Origin: an uncultured delta proteobacterium
GTDB taxonomy: Bacteria; Myxococcota_A; Polyangia; Fen-1088
DNA: 64,000 nucleotides
Direction: 5' to 3'
NCBI GenBank assembly: GCA_963796685.1
Contig: CAWCMR010000011.1
Coordinates: 64,001-128,000 of the forward strand
In this document: positions 1 through 9,769 of the stretch, piece by piece
Numbering within the stretch: the first letter of the stretch is position 1
Layout of the letters: each line of letters starts with the position of its first letter
The notes under the pieces: model-generated
Database searches by the model: none
Seen by the model: the letters and a program-made list of their open reading frames with translations, nothing else
Told to the model about the DNA's origin: nothing
Made by a program: the position numbers and the translations under genes

Positions 1-198
1 ATAAGAACCAAAAAGAAAGGCCTTGGCCTCGAGATCGCCCAGGGCCTCCTTGACCAGTGCGCGAATTTTGGGAATCTCCAACACGCCGGCCTTATGTCGC
101 GCCCAGCGGGCCTTGGCCGCACGCCTGGCGATGCGCACGCGCTCTTCGTGCGCCAGCGCGCGAGATCTTGCAAGTCCGCCCAAGCGCGATCGGTCCAC
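1..198 (-). CDS. Partial (runs off left edge) nucleotidyltransferase (MNT-like) protein with N-terminal GGxARxxxL...IAxxAAxARW helical motif
   Basis: Not in ORF track; my translation from GTG at 198: MDRSRLGGLARSRALAHEERVRIARRAAKARWARHKAGVLEIPKIRALVKEALGDLEAKAFLFGSY; LFGS is the start of the Pol-beta-type NTase motif. Confidence 0.6.
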   Translation of the reverse strand, partial: MDRSRLGGLARSRALAHEERVRIARRAAKARWARHKAGVLEIPKIRALVKEALGDLEAKAFLFGSY

Positions 199-349
199 GC
201 CAGCAGTTTACCGTGATGGCAAGCATAAGCAAGCATCCGCAAGAGCGGCTTGGTCACGAGGAGCGCGCCTGGAGCGCGCCCTTCTCGCTCTTGAGATCCG
301 TGAGCGCGGCCTGCACGCATTTGGCGCCGCCAACGGGCGGTGCCGGACA

Positions 350-1258
350 TCAGTAGCCAAACACGATCTTGGTGATGCACAGGTTGTTCAGCTTGATGGC
401 ACCGCTCGAGGAGGGAATCTGAATGCCGACCCGGTCGATGCTTTGCACGTCGGCCGAGGCCAGGGCCACGCCGCTTCCATCCCAGCACGCCGTGTTCATC
501 GACGTCAGCATGACGGCATTGCCAGACGAGAAATTGGCGCAGTACCAAACGTCGTCCGCATCCCAGATTCGGTGCACGATCACGCGCAACCCGGTGGTTG
601 GGGTTCCGCTGAGGTAGACCGTGATGGTCTTGAAGGCAGCGTCCAAGGTTCCGGTGGGCGGGGTCGTGGCGTTGGCGCAGAGGTCGACGCCCCAGTTTTG
701 GTCGTAGTCGGCCTGAACGGGCCTTGCGGGCAGCGCCGGAATCACCCCGCTTACGCACAGGGCGTCCGATGCGCTCCATGTGGCCGAGGTCGTGCAAGGG
801 GTGCTGGACGTGATCGGAGACCCGAGGCAGGTGGGGGACGTGACGGTGTCCATCGGTCCCAAGGCAACCCAGCCCGCGCCCGTCATCGCCCCTTGGGCCG
901 TTCCCTGACTGTAGGTGACGGTATTGCCGCTGTTTACCGACGTCTGGCCACCGTTGCTGGTGTCGCCGCCGAAGCCGATGACGCCGCCGTAGCCGACGAG
1001 GCCACCGTAGCCGACGACGCCGCCGTACCCGACGATCCCGCCGAAGCCGACGACGCCGCCGCTGCCGGCAACGCCGCCGTAGCCGAGAGTGGGGGTGGTC
1101 GCCGCGGTGGTCGCGGCGCTGTTTCCACCGGCTCCGCCCGATCCCACGCTCCCGGTCGCGGCCTCGTCCGGTGTAGGCTCATCGAGAGGGCTCCGATAGC
1201 ACCCGGCGACGAGAAGGAAGAACAGGACCAGTCTGCCCGTGGCACGCGGATTTGTCAT
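350..1258 (-). CDS. Gly-rich lipoprotein with Cys-containing C-terminal domain
   Basis: Signal peptide and lipobox (MTNPRATGRLVLFFLLVAGC); 18-bp GG(V/I/L)VG(Y/F) repeats; start moved to ATG at 1258. Confidence 0.7.
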   Translation of the reverse strand: MTNPRATGRLVLFFLLVAGCYRSPLDEPTPDEAATGSVGSGGAGGNSAATTAATTPTLGYGGVAGSGGVVGFGGIVGYGGVVGYGGLVGYGGVIGFGGDTSNGGQTSVNSGNTVTYSQGTAQGAMTGAGWVALGPMDTVTSPTCLGSPITSSTPCTTSATWSASDALCVSGVIPALPARPVQADYDQNWGVDLCANATTPPTGTLDAAFKTITVYLSGTPTTGLRVIVHRIWDADDVWYCANFSSGNAVMLTSMNTACWDGSGVALASADVQSIDRVGIQIPSSSGAIKLNNLCITKIVFGY

Positions 1259-1368
1259 TCTTGCAGTCTCCCGATCCGCGACTTTCGCACCAAGGCGGCA
1301 CCTGTTCAAGCTCGCAGCCGAAGAATCCGCGGGGCATGGGGCCTCGCTCACACGCTGCTGGGTCGCCC

Positions 1369-1539
1369 GTCACGCAGCCAGAAGCGATACGCAAGATTTT
1401 GGACCATCTCGGAATCTCCAGCGGAGCCCCGCGCCGCACATCCGCGCGTCCACCGCCGCAGTCCAAGCTCTCGGGCACGTCCGACCTGGCCAAGGGGATT
1501 TCGGCGAAGGGGAAATGGCGTTTGTTCCGCCTACCTGCC
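1369..1539 (+). pseudogene. IS91/ISCR-like (Y2) transposase C-terminal remnant followed by oriIS-like end
   Basis: Peptide VTQPEAIRKILDHLGISSGAPRRTSARPPPQ resembles the conserved C-terminus of these transposases; followed by GCGTTTG-N5-CCTA, the spacing of the ISCR oriIS. Confidence 0.55.
1499..1539 (+). repeat. 41-bp direct repeat, copy 1 (oriIS-like)
   Basis: tttcggcgaaggggaaatggcgtttgttccgcctacctgcc; 39/41 identical to 3266-3306. Confidence 0.85.
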
Positions 1540-1561
1540 CGAATTGAAAAGAAGGCGCTGG

Positions 1562-2518
1562 CTAGTCCTGTGTTGTTGCTTCATCGGCACGAGCAAGTCG
1601 GTCCCCTTCCTGGTCCAAGGCCGCAAGGGAAGCGCGGGTCCTTGCTGCGCGATGCTGTGCCGACCGACCTGCATTTTCCGGAAAGGGTTCCACCGTGGGA
1701 ATCATTCCGAGAAGAAGCTCGCCGACCGTGCGAACCCACGGTGCTTGGATGGTCTGGCTTGCATCGACTTCCTCGATGAATTCATAGTCGCGAGTGACGA
1801 CAATCAGCCCATCGGCAAGATGTTGCAGCAGGTTCAAGTCGATTGCGTGGTTCTCCGTCATAGCCGGTCGGCGATGAACTGCACGATCAAACGCCCGTTC
1901 GCCATGCAGATCCAAGAGTCGACAAAACGCATCGAAGCGATCTGCCGCCGAGATGCCGTGAGGTAGGCGGATTCGGTCGACGATACTGAACAGGGTCCGA
2001 GGAATCTCCGCCCAGAACTCGAGATCTGCGGGTGTTGGTTCGCCAAAGGCCGCGATTGTCTTCGAAGTCTCGACAAAGTCGGTTCCCGTCTCCTTCACGT
2101 ACCGGTCGTTTCTTTCAACATAGGCGGCAATTTCCGGCGAGAGCGAGCCTCCAGAAGAGAGCTCGCTCCATACCGTACGCATGACTCGCAACCAGGTAGA
2201 GTAGGGCAACTTTGGGCCTCCAACGATCTCGCCACCGAGCTTATCTACCAAAGGAGTGTGTGTGGGAGCTATCGGCGGGACACCAACCAGAAGACCTGAC
2301 AAGAAGTTCATGCGAGCCCGTAGCGTTGTCCGCTCCCTCTCCCAGGCCGCTCCAGCACGGGATTGCGCGAAGTACACGGCCATTTCGTCAAGAGCCAGGC
2401 CGCTCACCTGGACGCGGAAGCCCCGCCGTACGAGAGTGCGTAGCGCTACTCGTGGAGTACCTCGAACGCAGGACGTATCGAGGACGATGTCCGTCGAAGA
2501 CGGCGGTGGTGTCACCAT
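1562..2518 (-). CDS. PIN-like domain protein
   Basis: N-terminal IVLDTS, internal ALDEM, C-terminal AIDLNLL...VVTRDYEF give the acidic PIN pattern, with a large insert. Confidence 0.55.
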   Translation of the reverse strand: MVTPPPSSTDIVLDTSCVRGTPRVALRTLVRRGFRVQVSGLALDEMAVYFAQSRAGAAWERERTTLRARMNFLSGLLVGVPPIAPTHTPLVDKLGGEIVGGPKLPYSTWLRVMRTVWSELSSGGSLSPEIAAYVERNDRYVKETGTDFVETSKTIAAFGEPTPADLEFWAEIPRTLFSIVDRIRLPHGISAADRFDAFCRLLDLHGERAFDRAVHRRPAMTENHAIDLNLLQHLADGLIVVTRDYEFIEEVDASQTIQAPWVRTVGELLLGMIPTVEPFPENAGRSAQHRAARTRASLAALDQEGDRLARADEATTQD

Positions 2519-2551
2519 GCACCCATTGTCGTCTGTCGAGTCGGTCTTGCT

Positions 2552-3187
2552 CTAGGTGGCGTCGAACCAATTTCGAATCGAATTGATAACATTCTCTACC
2601 AGACCCTCCGCGACCAGCGCGCGTTCAAGCGCGATCTCGCGGTAACGGAACGTGACCTGGCCTCCTTCCACTGTTGCTTTGTGGTCGCGTTCACCAAAGA
2701 CTTCTGCATGTGGCCTGGAAAGCACTTGGGCAGAAAGCTGCTGCCAAGCAGAGTTGAAGGCGCCACTTGGATCCGTCGATTTGAACAGGTAGACGCGGAA
2801 CTGGGACTTGGCATCCTCCGCTGAAACCAAGAAGTCGCTGACGAAGGGTTCGCGGCCGAGGCCCTCGGGAAATTCAAGCTCCGGATCGGTCTCGATGACA
2901 GCCCGTCGAATGAGTTGATTGCTATCTTGGTCTTTTCCCTGCCACGCGAGGGAGAGTGCGAAGCCCGGCAGGAAATCCCATGCCCAGTAGTTGCGTCGGA
3001 AAAATTCCGATGTAGATCGCGCCGGGCGCGAATAGTACGTAGGGTCCCATCTCTCATATCCAAGTCCCATATCCTTGAACGCGTCGGAGAGTTCCGCAAG
3101 CCGATCAAAGAGCGCTCGTTGGTACTTGTGTATGGTCCGAAATGAGCGTCGGATCTCGATCATCGTTGGCGGAGTCGCGAGGAACAA
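2552..3187 (-). CDS. Hypothetical protein
   Basis: 211-aa ORF with protein-like composition, lower GC; start uncertain. Confidence 0.6.
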   Translation of the reverse strand: MFLATPPTMIEIRRSFRTIHKYQRALFDRLAELSDAFKDMGLGYERWDPTYYSRPARSTSEFFRRNYWAWDFLPGFALSLAWQGKDQDSNQLIRRAVIETDPELEFPEGLGREPFVSDFLVSAEDAKSQFRVYLFKSTDPSGAFNSAWQQLSAQVLSRPHAEVFGERDHKATVEGGQVTFRYREIALERALVAEGLVENVINSIRNWFDAT

Positions 3188-3265
3188 GGTCGGGGTTGAC
3201 GGGGAATCTCCACCTAAAGATGTCGTAGGTGGATGTGGTCTATGTAATCTCTTCTATCGGACATT

Positions 3266-3306
3266 TTTCGGCGAAGGGGGAATGGCGCTTGTTCCGCCTA
3301 CCTGCC
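3266..3306 (+). repeat. 41-bp direct repeat, copy 2 (oriIS-like)
   Basis: tttcggcgaagggggaatggcgcttgttccgcctacctgcc. Confidence 0.85.
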
Positions 3307-3441
3307 TGCGCGTCCCGCAAGTCTGGCCGCCGCGGCCCGTCGGTTCAGTGAACCGAGGATTGGCCGCTCGCACCGCCAACGGCCGGGACAGCGTCGATTT
3401 ACCCCTTGCCACGGGCACTGAACAGGCGTATAGTATAGCCC

Positions 3442-6371
3442 ATGCTTTCCGTCGAGGAATTGGGTTTGGAGATAGCGAGCTTGTCGGCGCACCTCGATGC
3501 GGCCACGCACAGGTTGCTCAGTTGTATTCGGCAATTCGACGAGCAATGCGGTTGGTATCAACAGGGTGCGGTTTCGTGCGTGCATTGGCTCTCGTGGCGC
3601 GTGGGCTTGGATGCGGCGACGGCGCGCGAGAAGGTGCGCGTGGCGCGCGCTCTCGGCAAGTTGCCGGCCATCGACGATTCGCTGCGTGTGGGCAAGCTGT
3701 CGTATGCCAAGGTTCGCGCGCTCACTCGCGTGGCGACGCCCGAGAACGAGGCGCGGCTGCTCGAGTTGGCGCTGTATGCGACGGGTGCGCAGCTTGAACG
3801 AATCTGCCGCGGGTTTCGGAGTGCGCAGGCCGCGGACGAAGGGTCTGCGGCGGAGGACCGTTGTGTGCGCAAGCGGGTGCTGCCGGGCGGGATGGTGAAG
3901 CTGGAGATTGTGCTGGCCCCGGACGAGGCGGAGTTGGTGATGCGGGCCCTCGATTGCGCGCGGGAAGCTTCCGTGGAAGCGTCGGGTGGCCCACAGAAGA
4001 AACAAGAGAGGGCAGATGAAGCCTCGTGGCCGTCACGGGCCGATGGGGTGGTGAGGGTGGCCGAGGCGTTCCTGGCGGGAAATGCGGGTCATGGGACCGG
4101 CGGCGACCGCTACCAGGTCATGGTTCACGTCGACCAGGATCCATTGTCGGCCGACGGGGTCATGGCGGCCACGCTGGAGGACGGCACAGGCGTTTCCGCG
4201 GAAGGTGCGCCAGGCAAAGCCTGGGCAAGGAGGATGACATGTAGAACCATGATTGAAACCTTGCGAAGGAACCCGGCGGGACAAGCCCGCCCGGCAAAGG
4301 CTGGCAACCAGCCGGAACCGAGTGTTGCGTGGTTCGGGGGTAACCCCGACTGCGAAGCGTACACAGGGAGCATGAGGGCCGCGCGATAGAGCCTCGAAAT
4401 GAAACTGCTTGCGGGAGATGCCGTGGTTTTCTGAGCGGCGTCAGCACCTGCGATGCCGCAATGGCTAGGCGTTGAGGTCCCGCCGGGGTCGAAGAACGTG
4501 GCGCGCATGCACAGGGGTTCCACAGGAACCTGGGAGGTCCTGTCGTCTCCACTGACAACAAGGGAAGGGCACCCGGCGGAAGCCAAGAGCCCAGGCCCCA
4601 TCACGACGCGCTCGACACGATGGGGAGCGAACGAATGAGCGCGCAGTGGTACCGCCAAGCGAAGGAAACGAAGCGCGGCGGGAAGGGCGAAAGGAAGTCG
4701 GAGCTTTCTCGTAGTACCGATGAAGCGGGGGAACCGACCCGAGGGACCCCGTGGAGGGAAGGGGGAGCCAAACTACGGAACGGCTGGAGAGAAAGATGAA
4801 GGGAACGTCGAGTCCCGAAAACGTCTCAACGAAACTACAGCGGATAGCAAAGCTGGCGAAGGAATCACCGGACATGGTGTTCACGACGCTTGCCCATCAC
4901 ATCGACCTGGAACTATTAGACCAAGCGTTTCGGCTGACCCGAAAGGATGGGGCGACTGGAGTAGACGGCCAGGATGCGACCGGGTACGCGGCGAATCTGC
5001 AGGGAAATCTGCGGTTGCTGCTAGACCGGTTCAAGTCGGGCACGTACCAGGCGCCTCCGGTTCGACGGGTGCATATCCCGAAGGGGGATGGTAAGTCGAC
5101 CCGCCCCATAGGGATACCGACCTTCGAAGACAAAGTGCTTCAAAGGGCGGTCACGATGGTGCTGGAGGCGGTTTATGAGCAGGACTTTCTAGCCTGCTCG
5201 TATGGCTTCCGACCGGGCCGGTCGGCGCATCAAGCGCTGGCAACGCTTTGGCAGGGTCTGATGAACATGGGCGGTGGCTGGGTGATTGAGGTAGACATCA
5301 AGAGCTACTTCGACACCGTCGACCATGGACATCTCCGAGGCTTTCTCGACAGAAGGGTGCGAGACGGAGTGCTCCGTCGAGCAATCGACAAGTGGCTCAA
5401 AGCAGGAGTTCTAGAGGACGGCAGCGTGTACCACCCTGAAGGCGGAACGCCCCAGGGAGGTGTCGTCTCACCGCTACTCGCGAACATCTACCTGCACGAG
5501 GTCCTGGATACGTGGTTTGCTCGGGAAGTGAAGCTCAGACTTCGGTCACAGGCATTCATGGTCCGGTACGCAGATGACGTGGCCATCGTCGTTGGAAACG
5601 AGGACGATGCCCGCAGAGTGTTGGATGTACTCGGCAAACGGTTTGCCAAGTATGGCCTCGCCCTGCATCCAGAGAAAACCAGGATGCTCGACTTTCGAAG
5701 GCCGCGCAGGTCGCAGTCGTCTGCGAACCCGAGTGCGCCTGAGACTTTCGACATGCTGGGCTTCACCTGGTACTGGGGTAAGTCCCGCAAGGGAGCCGCA
5801 GTCATCCAGCGCAAAACCTCGTCGAGCCGCTTTTGTCGAGCGCTCTCTCGAATCGCTGACTGGTGTCGGACCCATCGGCACGACGCCGTCGCCGCACAGC
5901 ACATCGACCTTTCGCGGAAGCTTCGCGGACACTATGCGTATTTCGGAATCACCGGAAACGCACGCTGTCTCAGTCGCTTTCTGCACGAGGTCGAGCGCGT
6001 GTGGCGCTACTGGCTCAACCGTCGGTCAGCAAGAGCAAAGATGGTGTGGGAACGCTTCTGTGCTCTGCTGCAGCGGTATCCGCTGCCGCCGATCCGAATC
6101 GTCCACAGCGTCTACCGACCCGCAACGAAACCGTAGCTTGAGGAGCCGGATGCGGGAAATCTGCACGTCCGGATCTGTGGGAGCCCTGGGCGGACAACCG
6201 CCCAGGGCCACCCGACCGCCTCGGGCCTGGGTGGAAAACGTCCTGACCTGGCTCCAAGAATGGGCGGACGAGGAAGGCCTCGACCTCGGCTCGGATGCCC
6301 ACGAGCCGTTGTGGGACGGCACGCGGCTGGATTACGACTATGCGGTGAGCGCGCTGCTGGCGGCGGGGTAG
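3442..6371 (+). CDS. DUF222 (13E12-repeat family) protein split by a group II intron; exons 3442-4204 and 6217-6371; HNH domain absent
   Basis: Typical N-terminus ([27 protein letters not shown]...[11 protein letters not shown]); joined exons are in frame (918 nt: ...GVSAE|APRAWVENV...[21 protein letters not shown]). Confidence 0.75.
4205..6216 (+). mobile_element. Group II intron 1 (non-IIC lineage, RT without En domain)
   Basis: 5' GTGCG at 4205; domain V gagccggatgcgggaaatctgcacgtccggatc; domain VI ending ...cacccgAC at 6216; removal restores the host reading frame and a palindrome. Confidence 0.9.
4796..6136 (+). CDS. ltrA: Group II intron reverse transcriptase/maturase
   Basis: [42 protein letters not shown] motifs; X domain; no C-terminal HNH. 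Confidence 0.95.
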   Translation: MKGTSSPENVSTKLQRIAKLAKESPDMVFTTLAHHIDLELLDQAFRLTRKDGATGVDGQDATGYAANLQGNLRLLLDRFKSGTYQAPPVRRVHIPKGDGKSTRPIGIPTFEDKVLQRAVTMVLEAVYEQDFLACSYGFRPGRSAHQALATLWQGLMNMGGGWVIEVDIKSYFDTVDHGHLRGFLDRRVRDGVLRRAIDKWLKAGVLEDGSVYHPEGGTPQGGVVSPLLANIYLHEVLDTWFAREVKLRLRSQAFMVRYADDVAIVVGNEDDARRVLDVLGKRFAKYGLALHPEKTRMLDFRRPRRSQSSANPSAPETFDMLGFTWYWGKSRKGAAVIQRKTSSSRFCRALSRIADWCRTHRHDAVAAQHIDLSRKLRGHYAYFGITGNARCLSRFLHEVERVWRYWLNRRSARAKMVWERFCALLQRYPLPPIRIVHSVYRPATKP

Positions 6372-6420
6372 CGGGACGCACGTTCCTGGGCGGGCTCGAA
6401 GGCGGCCGGGGGACTGGGCG

Positions 6421-7065
6421 CTAGACACCCGAGGGCGTGTCATCGCGGCGCTTCGGTCTACACCCCGGTCCATAGGCGAAGCCGATGGCGGCCAGAAGGG
6501 AAAGGTCGAGGCTGATGAAAGCCAGGGGACCATCGCCGGTTGCGCCGAAGTTGCGGAATTCTTCCTCGGTCATGGGCCGAATCTTGACCCCTTTGTCCTC
6601 GAGCCAGTAGCCCCGCTGGTCATGCACCGCCGTGCCTGCGGGACGAGGGGGCGAGGTCACTGGCAGAACCACCGGTGCAACCATCCCGGCCAGGCAAAGC
6701 AGGATGGCCCAACGGGGCATACGCCAGAGGGTGTTGCCGACCTCGGACCAGACTCTCGCACTCGTCCGCATGTGCTCCGCGAACGATGCCATGCTGAACC
6801 CCTCGGCGTGCGCGGCGAACACATACGCGAGCGCGCCGAACGCGAGCAACGGCATGGGAATGATGTATCCCCTCGGTAGCGGAGGGCCGAGGGAATAGGT
6901 CGCGGCCAGGACCAACACGCTCCACGAAATCCCCGCCAGGGACAGAATGAGGCCGCGCCTCCGTCGTCGGATCCTGTCCAAGTCCGTCGGTGATGGGCCG
7001 ACGAGGCCCGGCCCCTGCAGCTCGGAAAGTGCCCGGTTCAATCCTTCTTGGTCGTAAACTTTCAT
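6421..7065 (-). CDS. Hypothetical membrane protein
   Basis: 214 aa with about 4 hydrophobic segments. Confidence 0.6.
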   Translation of the reverse strand: MKVYDQEGLNRALSELQGPGLVGPSPTDLDRIRRRRRGLILSLAGISWSVLVLAATYSLGPPLPRGYIIPMPLLAFGALAYVFAAHAEGFSMASFAEHMRTSARVWSEVGNTLWRMPRWAILLCLAGMVAPVVLPVTSPPRPAGTAVHDQRGYWLEDKGVKIRPMTEEEFRNFGATGDGPLAFISLDLSLLAAIGFAYGPGCRPKRRDDTPSGV

Positions 7066-7112
7066 GGCGATCTTGGTACCCCCCGGCGGTGAGGATTCCG
7101 CCGAGACCTCTC

Positions 7113-7523
7113 CTAAGGTTGCCGCAGCTTCAGTTTGGGAAACCAGCGGCGGAAATCGGCGGGGTTGCGGGTCACAAGGCCTTTGTGCCGGAAGGCGAAG
7201 GCGCCGATGAGCAGGTCGGCCAGGGGACGTTTCGGGGCATCACTGGCTCGCCTTGCGTGGACGTAGGCGTTCCAGGCCGTGTGGGCGCGCTCGCTGTCCG
7301 CGAAGATCCAAGGGTCGGTAAATTCGACGCCCACTTGCTCCAAGAAGTGCTTCTGGGTTTCCAAGTTGCCGTCAAAGGCCGGGGCCAGCTCAACCATGGT
7401 GACCGGACAAATGACCAATCCGTCCCGCAGCAACTTTTCCAGCAGGTCGGCCGAAGAACCTCCGAACGCTGGATCGTTTTCAAGTACGTCGATGAGGACG
7501 CAGGTGTCGACGACCCATTTCAT
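7113..7523 (-). CDS. vapC: VapC-family PIN toxin
   Basis: VVDTCVLID...E...ADLLIGA...LVTRNPADF PIN motifs; ATGA overlap with upstream antitoxin. Confidence 0.85.
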   Translation of the reverse strand: MKWVVDTCVLIDVLENDPAFGGSSADLLEKLLRDGLVICPVTMVELAPAFDGNLETQKHFLEQVGVEFTDPWIFADSERAHTAWNAYVHARRASDAPKRPLADLLIGAFAFRHKGLVTRNPADFRRWFPKLKLRQP

Positions 7524-7777
7524 CGGTTCTTTTCGCCAGCACGCAGGTCCTTTATCCAGTCAGCGGTGCGCCTAGGGGCGCGAAACGTCTTGGCGAATCC
7601 CAGCATGGCCTTGGGGCCTGCGACGGTCTGTCCCGATTCGACGAACAACCGAACCTCGCACGAAGAGACCTTTTGCCAGCGCAACCGGTGCCCCGGCAAA
7701 AGACCCAATTCCTTGCGCAGTGACGCTGGCAGGGACGCCTGCCCACGTTCGGTTAGGGTTGTCACGAGGCTCCTCAT
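7520..7777 (-). CDS. AbrB/MazE/SpoVT-family antitoxin
   Basis: TTLTERGQASLPASLRKELGLLPG AbrB-type motif; directly upstream of the PIN toxin. Confidence 0.85.
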   Translation of the reverse strand: MRSLVTTLTERGQASLPASLRKELGLLPGHRLRWQKVSSCEVRLFVESGQTVAGPKAMLGFAKTFRAPRRTADWIKDLRAGEKNR

Positions 7778-8061
7778 GCCCAGAGCATATCATGTAGAAA
7801 CGTCATGTCTACCCACCTCCCGCTCCGAGATCTCGCTCCCCAGATCCTGGGCATAGGGATAGTTCGGGTGGAAGAGGCAGGTAGGTGTTTGCAGTAGACG
7901 TAACATCCGCAAGGCCACCGCCCGCGCGCTCGGCTGCGGCGGTCCTGGCGGCCATGGTGCCCCCGGTGGAGGGTGGCCCGCAGGTGAACTGGTTACGCTG
8001 GCGGCGGCATCGATGAAGGGCTTGAAGGCCGAGCCAGGTTGGCGGTGGGCGCGCTGGGCCG

Positions 8062-9708
8062 CTATTGCGACGGCGCCGGAAAACGCCCAGCCCAGAGCTC
8101 GTGGGGCGTACTGTCTGCGTTGGTACCGAATAGGAGGGCGAAGCGCCCATGGAAGAAATCCGTCGCTTCGGTGAACGTGGAGAGATTGGACAAAAGGATT
8201 CTTGACGTGCCGTCGTCGAGATTGGTCGCGACCAATTGGGAAAGAGACTGATTCGGCATTGGGGCAGTCACCAGATCCACCTCACCGTCGCGGCTCAAGT
8301 CCAATCCAACCATCCGCGAGAACGCGAGCGTCTTCCGTCCAGGCCGAAAGCACGTCGACGTGTACGTCCCCATGAACACGGCCGTGCCGTCGTTGGCGAC
8401 GGCGGGCCCCATGGCCGGGGCGGGTACGGTGTCGCCAAGGGTATAGCTGTTGCCGTCGATCCAGGCCACGACACCGGAGCTCGCGGCGTTTGGCGCCGAC
8501 GGGTCGGTGACCGGGTCGAGGGGGAAATACGCGACTCGCTCGGAGGGCGAAACGCCGAAGCTCGGGGCAATGTCGTGAGAAGGGTCGAGCATGTAATTCG
8601 AATACTCCGCGATGGGTGTCGTCTCGCCACTCACGAGGTCGGCGTACACGAGCTCGGTCGCGCCGTTGTCCTTGGCTTGGAAGGCGAAGGCGCGTCGCTT
8701 GTCGCGGAACACGTAGACCCCACGCAGGCCCGGCACGCTGATGACGTGGTCGCCATCGTCGACGAGCAAGGCCAGGTCGGAATCGAGCCGATTGACGGCA
8801 TTGTTGCTGGACCCCGAGTAGGGCACCTGCTCCCAGGCATTCGCGAGCAGGCTGCCGTCGCGCAGTGAGTAGAGCGGCCCGTTCGTAAACACGCCAGCCG
8901 TGAACCGGCCTCCGGCATAGCCGTCGAGCGCCGGCCAGAGACCACCAGAGACACTGCCTGCGTACGGCGGCAGCGCCTGCTCGAACCGGCGGTGACCGCG
9001 CAAATCAACGGTTTGGAAGCCGGCATCGACCTGCCAAACCAACGTGGCGTCGTTCTGCGCGGGCGAGCACGATGGCACGCTTACTTCGAAGAGCGGACTT
9101 TCGTCCGCGGTTCGATCGGCGAAGATGCGCAGGTCCCCGCCGCTGCACACCCAGCTTTCGACGTCGCCCCGAGCGTCGACGAAGAGTCCAAAGTTGAGCG
9201 CGTTCGTGTCGAGACCGTTTGTGGTCGTGACGGGTGTGTCGAACGCCTGCATGGTCAAGAGGTCGAGCCGGCGCACGCGATTGTCTTCGGGAGCCGCCGG
9301 CACGAAGATGGCGCGTGTCCCCTCGGGGCTGAACGAAACCATTCGTGCCGAAGCGACGAGCACACTGAGGTCGGGACTCCAAATGGGGGTCGGCTTGCTC
9401 GTGAGCATCGTGAGGTGCCCGCAGGCGCCGAACCGCGGAAAGCCTTCTGCTTCGGCCACGAACGCCAGGTCGGGCGCCGCCGGGAAACCGGCGCACCGTG
9501 CGGCCGCGAGCGCTCCTACATCGAGACCGACGGAGCTGGGCGAGGCGTGATCGACGGAGCCGTCCGGCTCGAGGTTGGGGGAGGTTTGCCCGCCGCTCGC
9601 CGACTTCTGGCCACCGCTCCCTGAGGGTGCAGGCCGGTCGAGATCGAGCCGCGAGCGTCCCCCGCAGCCGAGGAGCGCGAGCGCGATGAGCCCCGAGACC
9701 ACCCTCAT
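8062..9708 (-). CDS. Lipoprotein, probable beta-propeller
   Basis: Lipobox MRVVSGLIALALLGC at ATG 9708; SFSPEG-type repeats. Confidence 0.65.
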   Translation of the reverse strand: MRVVSGLIALALLGCGGRSRLDLDRPAPSGSGGQKSASGGQTSPNLEPDGSVDHASPSSVGLDVGALAAARCAGFPAAPDLAFVAEAEGFPRFGACGHLTMLTSKPTPIWSPDLSVLVASARMVSFSPEGTRAIFVPAAPEDNRVRRLDLLTMQAFDTPVTTTNGLDTNALNFGLFVDARGDVESWVCSGGDLRIFADRTADESPLFEVSVPSCSPAQNDATLVWQVDAGFQTVDLRGHRRFEQALPPYAGSVSGGLWPALDGYAGGRFTAGVFTNGPLYSLRDGSLLANAWEQVPYSGSSNNAVNRLDSDLALLVDDGDHVISVPGLRGVYVFRDKRRAFAFQAKDNGATELVYADLVSGETTPIAEYSNYMLDPSHDIAPSFGVSPSERVAYFPLDPVTDPSAPNAASSGVVAWIDGNSYTLGDTVPAPAMGPAVANDGTAVFMGTYTSTCFRPGRKTLAFSRMVGLDLSRDGEVDLVTAPMPNQSLSQLVATNLDDGTSRILLSNLSTFTEATDFFHGRFALLFGTNADSTPHELWAGRFPAPSQ

Positions 9709-9769
9709 TACCGTGCAGTGTAGCCTGTCCGGGCGATACCTGGAGGACGATCGTCGGAGATGCGCGACG

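Noticed and set aside
7875-7890. cctacctgcc (minus strand) as a third oriIS-like end
   Set aside because: Only 10 bp match and the GCGTTTG part is absent; could be chance.
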